Source: Nemertoderma westbladi
Lineage: Eukaryota > Animalia > Xenacoelomorpha
Assembly (NCBI GenBank): GCA_032718475.1
Contig: JAUCBJ010005202.1
Location: 1-64,000, forward strand
DNA length: 64,000 nt
Direction: 5' to 3'
Shown here: one piece after another, positions 54,544 to 64,000 of the stretch
Layout of the letters: each line of letters opens with the position of its first letter
Numbering within the stretch: the first letter of the stretch is position 1
Position numbers and translations under genes: made by a program
The notes under the pieces: model-generated
Told to the model about the DNA's origin: nothing
The model's input: only the letters and a program-made list of their open reading frames with translations
The model's database searches: none

Positions 54544-55348
54544 CAATGGCACAAGGACAGAGGTGTTCATCCAACCATGGTAACTTCATTAGTTAACATG
54601 AGAGTCTATGTTGATATGGGAGTTATGCTCGGGGTCATGTGTGTTTGGTTGCCCACTGAGTCCTACCCGTGGCTCAGTGGTCTACAGCCTCTCACATGTG
54701 GCCCTAGTCTCGAGCCGCGATTACTGCTGATAACCTATAACCTAGCTGTTAGATTTACAGCTCTAGGCGGTCGTTGGATTAGATAGCTCCTCGCTTGGGG
54801 TCTACGGTTCGTGGTCACTGCATCATCCACGGTTACGTAGTTAACTCGATTGCGGTCTGGCAAGAGTGACAGCCACACTTGCCCAGTCAGTAGAGCCAGT
54901 CAAGGGGGTCACATCTGTTGAATGGAACGTAGGGAGGTCCTGAGCTATAGCACACTGCCCTTTAAACACACCAGTGTGCACCTCCAACTGCAGTAGTAGC
55001 ATATTGCCGACCTGCAATACGGTAATTCCAACGTAAAGCCGAGTCTGGTGAACTATGCTCCACTAGGGTTGACATCTGACCCACGCACTCAATGGGATCC
55101 TGCCATACCAGAGCACAACACTAGCTGGTATGCCCATATGAGACACCGCATGTGGCAGCGAAATCTACACACCCGGAAACGACACCAACACCAACTGCGT
55201 TAGGGTGCATGTTTGGAAGCGTGTCGAGGGGCGGAGCGTATACCAGGTGAAATTCGAGTGCTCTTAGTAACGGCAGGTGGCTCTGCCGTCGTTCTGACGG
55301 TTTGGCAAATCAGGGGAACGGCGGTGAGTAACTATGACTCTCTTAAGG
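53811..55348 (+). mobile_element. Non-coding structured retro-insertion with HDV-like ribozyme and 28S-like 3' end
   Basis: Sharp shift to balanced base composition inside the satellite, an apparent TSD (AGG)TACCACTAACTCAATCGGTGTGT, no ORF over 100 aa, and many hairpins. Confidence 0.8.
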
Positions 55349-55350
55349 TA
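55317..55350 (+). other. 34-nt 28S rDNA-like segment (R2 / I-PpoI target region)
   Basis: AACGGCGGTGAGTAACTATGACTCTCTTAAGGTA versus conserved 28S AACGGCGGGAGTAACTATGACTCTCTTAAGGTA; one extra T. Confidence 0.93.
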
Positions 55351-56730
55351 CCACTAACTCAATCGGTGTGTCTGTTGTGGAGCGAGCGACGGAAGTAAGC
55401 GAGTTTAGCATACAGGTACCACTAACTCAATCGGTGTGTCTGTTGTGGGGCGAGCGACGAAAGTAAGCGAGTTTAGCATACAGGTACCACTAACTCAATC
55501 GGTGTGTCTGTTGTGGGGCGAGCGACGAATGTAAGCGAGTTTAGCATACAGGTACCACTAACTCAATCGGTGTGTCTGTTGTGGGGCGAGCGACGAAAGT
55601 AAGCGAGTTTAGCATACAGGTACCACTAACTCAATCGGTGTGTCTGTTGTGGGGCGAGCGATGGAAGTAAGCGAGTTTAGCATACAGGTACACTAACTCA
55701 ATCGGTGTGTCTGTTGTGGGGCGAGCGATGGAAGTAAGCGAGTTTAGCATACAGGTACCACTAACTCAATCGGTGTGTCTGTTGTGGGGCGAGCGACGAA
55801 AGTAAGCGAGCTTAGCATACAGGTACCACTAACTCAATCGGTGTGTCTGTTGTGGGGCGAGCGACGAAAGTAAGCGAGCTTAGCATACAGGTACCACTAA
55901 CTCAATCGGTGTGTCTGTTGTGGGGCGAGCGATGGAAGTAAGCGAGTTTAGCATACAGGTACACTAACTCAATCGGTGTGTCTGTTGTGGGGCGAGCGAT
56001 GGAAGTAAGCGAGTTTAGCATACAGGTACCACTAACTCAATCGGTGTGTCTGTTGTTGGGCGAGCGACGAAAGTAAGCGAGCTTAGCATACAGGTACCAC
56101 TAACTCAATCGGTGTGTCTGTTGTGGGGCGAGCGACGGAAGTAAGCGAGCTTAGCATACAGGTACCACTAACTCAATCGGTGTGTCTGTTGTGGGGCGAG
56201 CGACGAAAGTAAGCGAGTTTATCATACAGGTACCACTAACTTAATCGGTGTGTCTGTTGTGGGGCGAGAGACGGAAGTAAGCGAGCTTAGCATACAGGTA
56301 CCACTAACTCAATCGGTGTGTCTGTTGTGGAGCGAGCGACGAAAGTAAGCGAGCTTAGCATACAGGTACCACTAACTCAATCGGTGTGTCTGTTGTGGGG
56401 CGAGCGATGGAAGTAAGCGAGTGTAGCATACAGGTACCACTAACTCAATCGGTGTGTCTGTTGTTCTGTTGATCTGTGGGGCGAGCGACGAAAGTAAGCG
56501 AGCTTAGCATACAGGTACCACTAACTCAATCGGTGTGTCTGTTGTTCTGTTGATCTGTGGGGCGAGCGACGAAAGTAAGCGAGCTTAGCATACAGGTACC
56601 ACTAACTCAATCGGTGTGTCTGTTGTTCTGTTGATCTGTGGGGCGAGCGACGAAAGTAAGCGAGCTTAGCATACAGGTACCACTAACTCAATCGGTGTGT
56701 CTGTTGTTCTGTCGTTCTGTTGTTCTGTCA
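55349..56730. repeat. 68-bp satellite, middle part (about 20 units), ending in the HINE-type CTGTT microsatellite
   Basis: Direct inspection. Confidence 0.97.
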
Positions 56731-58269
56731 TAATTATATGTCAAAATTATGTCATAAAGGTAATCTATCTCTGAGGATACATCGCCTGGGCTGCTCTCAC
56801 ATTACTGTTTGGCGCTGCAAGTTCAAATCCGACTAAAGACTGTATAAATTTCGCACCCTAGACAAGACCCTTTAGATGTCAGTGCACACAAACCCAATAG
56901 GTAAATAGTGTGGCGACCTTCCTGCTTTAAAGGGAGATAAGCGTGAATGTGCGGATTAAATGCATAATAAAATAAACCTACAGTGAGTAACCAAACATAG
57001 CACAAACTTACACAAAGTCGCTATACAAAATCCTCAAGGGTAGCAAAATACAATTAATTGTAAACTAAAGAAATCGAACAAGCTTATACATTCCAAAGAG
57101 AAGGAAAATAAGCAATTTTAACTGGAGATTGTAACTTCAAATTCTGTAAATTATTTTTCAAATTCCCTAATGATGAAACTGACTCAAACTTTTCAAAAGG
57201 GTTTCTAAATGGCACTTGAACTCATTCTCTGATGGGGGGACACCATCTTATTGATCACTTATTACATTAATTTTCCAATTAATACCACCTCACACCATGG
57301 CAGGGTCACCATTTGATCAGAGAAATTTCTATTGACATGTACCGCGGGCCGGATTAGGAGCAGCATTCAGCACCAGTTAGCTGAACAAGGACAACATCCA
57401 TTAGCTACATTGTTAACTACTTGATAAAGTTTGATGTGATCGAGTTCAGGTTGTCAAACAATAAAGTTATGAAGTTCTGGTGTGATAATATCATCGATGA
57501 GCGAGGCAAATAGAGGTTCGTATGCCAGCATCTACTGATATTTCAGATGTCACACAGAAATCAGAACTCAGGTTTAATTAAATAAACAACAGTGCATGGT
57601 CCAACACTTTATGAGACTGATCAATGTTGCATTCTTGCATTGGTCTGAAGTGTAAAAATACTGTAGGTTCTGAACCAAGTGAATATGAATTCCAATTCTA
57701 AAGTCCAATGTAAACTTTCCAGTACCTAAACGCCCACCCATGGATTTCGTTGGGCAACAATGGTGATTAATAATAATTGTATTTGGTGAATTTTAGATGT
57801 TGAAAAGGACACGTTTGTCCATTTCATTTACAGTATTATCTACAATTCTTGATAACTAAACACACGCGCCTGTAATTCCTCTGGAAGACCTGGTGTTAGG
57901 TGGCAGCTATTGAAATCTCCTAAGATGGAAAACATGATAATTTGAACTATAGTTCGCCTTCAACATCAACAAGATTCCAATAATGTAATCAACTTCATTT
58001 TTTAATCAGAAACGCATTGCCACATGGATGGTAACCTTAGTTGGGTTATTAAAGGTTTTAAATCCTGGAATGTATATAGATTTATTAGATTTTAATTCTA
58101 ATATAATCACTCTATTGAAATCTACTAAGAACCATATACAATTATAGTTTTAAAGCTTATTCTTTCCTCCAGAGACTTTCCATCATGTAATCCGTAATAA
58201 GGGGGCCATCTATCAATATATTATAATCTGCACAGTGAGATGCTATGAGGGCTTAACAAATAAATTAGA

Positions 58270-59370
58270 TTGGGATCCATAATCCCAGGTAGGAGAAGTC
58301 ATCCAATTACACCTAAACTAAGGCTAGTAAGCTTAGTAAGCTAACCTTAGAGCTTATAGTTGCATATTTAAATATTCCCTGAGAACTGTCGAAGTGAACT
58401 GTCAAAATTTTGGTCTTTTTTGGAATTAACAAATATATCAACACTAATTAAGCACTATGTCTTATGCCTGTCCAATGAGATGGGAAGCTGTTGGGCTCCC
58501 TCTAATGATTCTGAGAGTACCACTAAGTTATCAGCAAAAATCTAGATCAGTTAGGTACTTGCCAGGATTTCCTCGACTTCGGGAGCCAGTAGGTGGAGAT
58601 ACCATCACCCCATCATCATTATGATGATCTAAGGACATGCGTAGAACATAATTAACCACAATTATGAACAAGAATGGTGCAAGTGTGTCACCCTGGAAAA
58701 CTCCCCATAACACAATGGATCTGTGTCACCATCAACAGTAGACACAAATGTTGTTGAACCATCGATAATGATCTTATTGCTGCAATAATTTCAGCAGGAA
58801 TCCCATATAATGAAAGTATGCTGAACATACGTGAGCGAGAGACTGCATCAAAGGCCTTGAAGAAGTCAACAAAGATAACAGCCAGATGCCTGTCTTTCTT
58901 TTTTGATAACTCTTCAATTATCCTTCTAAGTGCCAAAATGGGCTCCATGGTCCCACGACCTTTATGGAACCCATTCTGATTTTCACGTAACAGTCTCTCA
59001 ATGGGATCGATCCCATATGTATTTCATATAATTATATTGCATAGCTTTGCACCAATCGGGATCAACGATATTCCATGAAGAGATCCATAGTGTGTTAGGT
59101 TGCCCTTCTTGGGAACTGGCACCAACTTATTTGTTTTCATTTCATGTGGGACGCTCTTTGTACATGTCTATATAATAGGGTAAATGAGCTCCACAGGGGG
59201 GGGGGGGGCACCATTTACTTCACTGGCACGATTGGTCTTAATGATCTTTGTAGCAGCAGCCTTGACTTCAGCAACGGAGATATCATCAATGGGTACATCC
59301 GGGAGTACAGATGTAAAGTGGTTCGTTGTTGGTGGTTCCCAGTCAGCAAGTTGATCGATTTCCATACCTG
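58270..59370 (-). mobile_element. Diverged RTE family A fragment
   Basis: ORFs 58531-58713, 58688-58948 and 59168-59365 match family A. Confidence 0.88.
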
Positions 59371-59989
59371 AGCTGATTGCCTGTGGTCATCGGCATCATT
59401 GATGGCTGTTCAGTATGTGAGTTGTTTGATCCTGGTCTCTTTCGCCTTGAGTGTGCCATGCTCACTTATGAAAATCCACCACTAATGGGGAGAATACCTA
59501 TCTATAATGATATCATCATGCAAGAGAATTCCTTTCCACAGCATCACAAAGAATATTAAACCCAGCTTTATCATGGCATTGGTGATCCTACTGCGCTTGT
59601 TGGATCAACCATCACTCTTCTTTCCTTATCATGGCATGGGTGAACTTGATTCTCTTGATATATACCTTCTTCAAACTCTAGACTTGGGACTCCTTAAATT
59701 TACTGGTGGTGTGTGTAAAATAATATTCTAATGACAAGTGGTGATGGTGATAATAATTAGTATCAGTCTATGATGGGAATCAGAGCCAGAATATGGATCT
59801 CTCACTTGACCAAGCCATTTTATTTTTGAATTCGATGTTGGGGTTGGGCTTCCAATAACTTAGAGTCATTTATTTCAAGTAGATTGAAATTGCCCGATAA
59901 ATGGTTGTCAATTTCCTTTAGATTGTTTACCTGCTTTACTTCCTTGTCAATAATGACAGGGTATTGCCTGATAACTTTATAGAAGTAAA

Positions 59990-61455
59990 AGTGTCTGAGT
60001 CTGTACTCCCAGATATTCCCATTGGCGATATCTCCTTTGCAGAAGTGAAGGCTGCTGCAAAGAGCATTAAGACCAATCGTGCCAGTGTGGAGTAGATGGT
60101 GTTCCCTCTGAGGTCTTTAAAATACCTGAGTGTTTAAAGCTCATCTATCCCATCATAGTAGACATGTACCGTACAACAAGAGTCCCACAAGAAATGAAAA
60201 CAAATAAGTTGGTGCCAGTTCCCAAGAAGGGCAACCTAACACTCTATGGTTCTTTTCGGGGAATCTCATTGATCTCGATTGCTGCAAAACTATACAATAG
60301 AATTCTATTAAATCGCATCAGGGATCCCATTGAGAGACTGCTACGTGGAAATCAGAATGGGTTCCATGGAGCCCATTTTGGCACTTAGAAGGATAATTGA
60401 AGAGTTATCAAAAAAGAAAGACAGGCATCTGGCTGTTATCTTTGTTGACTTCTTCAAGGCCTTTGATTCAGTCTCTCGCTCACGTATGTTCAGCATACTT
60501 TCATTATATGGGATTCCTGATGAAATTATTGCAGCAATCAGATCAGTATACGATGGTTCGACAACATTTGTGTCTACTGTTGACGGTGACACAGAACCAT
60601 TTGAAGTGTTATGGGGCGTCCTCCAAGGAGACACACTTGCACCATTCTTGTTCATTATTGTGGTTGACTATGTTCTACGCATGTCCTTAGATCATCATAA
60701 TGATGATGGGGTGATGATAACTCCACCTACTGGCTCCAGAAGTCGAGGAAATCCTGCCAAGTACCTAACTGATCTAGACTTTGCTGATGACTTAGGAGTA
60801 CTCTCAGAATCATTAGAGGGAGCCCAGCGGCTCCTCAGCTCATTAGAACATGCTGCTTCTAGTGTTGGTCTTTTTATTAACTCCAGAAAGACCAAAATTC
60901 TGACAGTTAACTTTGAAAGTCCTCAGCAAGTCTCTGATCGGATGAGCATAAGCTCAAAGGATGGTATGCTTGAGCATGTGGACGACTTCTGTTACCTGGG
61001 ATCATGGATCCGGAAGTCAGGTGAGGACCTTCGAATACGTAAGGGAAAGGCATGGGCAGCCTTGAATAGGCTTTCCAGGATTTGGAAGACACCTAGAATT
61101 AATCGGAAACTTAAGGTCCGATTATTTAGAGCAGCAGTAGTTCCAGTACTCCTCTACGGGAGTCCATGCTGGGTTCTAACTGCTGAGGACACCAAATCTC
61201 TGGATGGCACATTCACAAGAATGATACGCCGGGTACATTGTGTCAAGTACAATGCACACATCTCCAACCAGACACTATATAACATTGGAGGTGTCTCATT
61301 GGTTCCCCCAAGCTTGACACTAGAACAAAATCGCCTCCGCTTTGCAGGACATTGCCTTCGCCGTGAGGACCAGCCAGTGCATAATCTTGTACTTTGGCAG
61401 CCTCATGGAGTGAATAAGCATGGTGGACAGCCCATCACTTTCTTGAGACGCATCT
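59990..61455 (+). mobile_element. RTE family A, truncated at both ends
   Basis: RT ORFs 60164-60388 and 60330-61460, frameshifted by a small deletion. Stops at FLRRI with no tail and abuts the satellite. Confidence 0.95.
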
Positions 61456-61469
61456 ACTAACCACTAACT

Positions 61470-64000
61470 AGGTACCACTAACTCAATCGGTGTATCAGTG
61501 GGGCGAGCGACGAAAGTAAGCGAGTTTAGCATACAGGTACCACTAACTCAATCGGTGTGTCTGTTGTTGGGCGAGCGACGAAAGTAAGCGAGCTTAGCAT
61601 ACAGGTACCACTAACTCAATCGGTGTGTCTGTTGTGGGGCGAGCGACGAAAGTAAGCGAGCTTAGCATACAGGTACCACTAACTCAATCGGTGTGTCTGT
61701 TGTTGGGGCGAGCGACGAAAGTAAGCGAGCTTAGCATACAGGTACCACTAACTCAATCGGTATGTCTGATGTTGGGCGAGCGACGACAGTAAGCGAGCTT
61801 AGCATACAGGTACCACTAACTCAATCGGTGTGACTGTTGTGGGGCGAGCGACGGAAGTAAGCGAGCTTAGCATACAGGTACCACTAACTCAATCGGTGTG
61901 TCTGTTGTTGGGCGAGCGACGAAAGTAAGCGAGCTTAGCATACAGGTACCACTAACTCAATCGGTATGTCTGTTGTTGGGCGAGCGACGACAGTAAGCGA
62001 GCTTAGCATACAGGTAGCACTAACTCAATCGGTGTGTCTGTTGTGGGGCGAGCGACGGAAGTAAGCGAGCTTAGCATACAGGTACCACTAACTCAATCGG
62101 TGTGTCTGTTGTGGGGCGAGCGACGAAAGTAAGCGAGCTTTAGCATACAAGTACCACTAACTCAATCGGTGTGTCTGTTGTGGGGCGAGCGACGAAAGTA
62201 AGCGAGCTTAGCATACAGGTACCACTAACTCATTCGGTGTGTCTGTTGTGGGGCGAGCGACGAAAGTAAGCGAGCTTAGCATACAGGTACCACTAACTCA
62301 ATCGGTGTGTCTGTTGTGGGGCGAGCGATGGAAGTAAGCGAGTTTAGCATACAGGTACACTAACTCAATCGGTGTGTCTGTTGTGGGGCGAGCGATGGAA
62401 GTAAGCGAGTTTAGCATACAGGTACCACTAACTCAATCGGTGTGTCTGTTGTGGGGCGAGCGACGAAAGTAAGCGAGCTTAGCATACAGGTACCACTAAC
62501 TCAATCGGTGTGTCTGTTGTGGGGCGAGCGACGAAAGTAAGCGAGCTTAGCATACAGGTACCACTAACTCAATCGGTGTGTCTGTTGTGGGGCGAGCGAT
62601 GGAAGTAAGCGAGTTTAGCATACAGGTACACTAACTCAATCGGTGTGTCTGTTGTGGGGCGAGCGATGGAAGTAAGCGAGTTTAGCATACAGGTACCACT
62701 AACTCAATCGGTGTGTCTGTTGTGGGGCGAGCGACGGAAGTAAGCGAGTTTAGCATACAGGTACCACTAACTCAATCGGTGTGTCTGTTGTGGGGCGAGC
62801 GACGGAAGTAAGCGAGCTTAGCATACAGGTACCACTAACTCAATCGGTGTGTCTGTTGTGGGGCGAGCGACGAAAGTAAGCGAGTTTATCATACAGGTAC
62901 CACTAACTTAATCGGTGTGTCTGTTGTGGGGCGAGCGACGGAAGTAAGCGAGCTTAGCATACAGGTACCACTAACTCAATCGGTGTGTCTGTTGTGGAGC
63001 GAGCGACGAAAGTAAGCGAGCTTAGCATACAGGTACCACTAACTCAATCGGTGTGTCTGTTGTAGGGCGAGCGACGGAAGTAAGCGAGCTTAGCATACAG
63101 GTACCACTAACTCAATCGGTGTGTCTGTTGTGGGGCGAGCGATGGAAGTAAGCGAGTTTAGCATACAGGTACACTAACTCAATCGGTGTGTCTGTTGTGG
63201 GGCGAGCGATGGAAGTAAGCGAGTTTAGCATACAGGTACCACTAACTCAATCGGTGTGTCTGTTGTTGGGCGAGCGACGAAAGTAAGCGAGCTTAGCATA
63301 CAGGTACCACTAACTCAATCGGTGTGTCTGTTGTGGGGCGAGCGACGGAAGTAAGCGAGCTTAGCATACAGGTACCACTAACTCAATCGGTGTGTCTGTT
63401 GTGGGGCGAGCGACGAAAGTAAGCGAGTTTATCATACAGGTACCACTAACTTAATCGGTGTGTCTGTTGTGGGGCGAGCGACGGAAGTAAGCGAGCTTAG
63501 CATACAGGTACCACTAACTCAATCGGTGTGTCTGTTGTGGAGCGAGCGACGAAAGTAAGCGAGCTTAGCATACAGGTACCACTAACTCAATCGGTGTGTC
63601 TGTTGTAGGGCGAGCGACGGAAGTAAGCGAGCTTAGCATACAGGTACCACTAACTCAATCGGTGTGTCTGTTGTAGGGCGAGCGACGGAAGTAAGCGAGC
63701 TTAGCATACAGGTACCACTAACTCAATCGGTGTGTCTGTTGTGGGGCGAGCGACGGAAGTAAGCGAGTTTAGCATACAGGTACCACTAACTCAATCGGTG
63801 TGTCTGTTGTGGGGCGAGCGATGGAAGTAAGCGAGTTTAGCATACAGGTACCACTAACTCAATCGGTGTGTCTGTTGTTCTGTTGATCTGTGGGGCGAGC
63901 GACAAAAGTAAGCGAGCTTAGCATACAGGTACCACTAACTCAATCGGTGTGTCTGTTGTAGGGCGAGCGACGGAAGTAAGCGAGCTTAGCATACAGGTAC
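61470..64000. repeat. 68-bp satellite, about 37 units, runs off the window
   Basis: Direct inspection. Shares diagnostic variants with 55349-56730. Confidence 0.98.

Noticed and set aside
54785-54810. Second HDV-like core (TCCTCGC loop)
   Set aside because: The flanking AGC/TTG cannot form P3, and no P1.1/J4/2 arrangement follows.
55317-55350. 28S rRNA gene or group I intron locus
   Set aside because: Only 34 nt match. Neither flank continues as rRNA and the CTCTCT/TAAGG site is uninterrupted.
53478-64000. 68-bp array as a CRISPR array with the insert as a spacer or cargo
   Set aside because: Units are contiguous with no unique spacers, there are no cas genes, and the context is eukaryotic.

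Overview
AT-rich, repeat-dominated animal (probably marine invertebrate) genomic DNA with no clear multi-exon host gene. It holds about a dozen copies or fragments of one RTE-clade non-LTR retrotransposon family with a (TAG)n tail (family A), a near-complete second RTE (family B), a 3.04-kb tandem duplication, MITE-, Helentron-, Penelope- and SINE-like remnants, several minisatellites, a 68-bp satellite derived from a Helentron-type element end, and one orphan ORF resembling a Maverick/Polinton accessory gene. The standout is a 1.54-kb non-coding, hairpin-rich insertion in the satellite (53811-55348) with a 23-26 bp target-site duplication. It carries a complete R2-type HDV-like ribozyme whose predicted cleavage site is the first base of the insert (J1/2 about 666 nt), and it ends in the 28S rDNA sequence upstream of the R2 nick site. 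It is a candidate non-autonomous ribozyme-bearing retroelement. A second candidate RNA element is a covarying pseudoknot shared by two unrelated 5' leaders (16865-16916 and 44236-44294). All calls were made by eye without database searches, and many boundaries are approximate.
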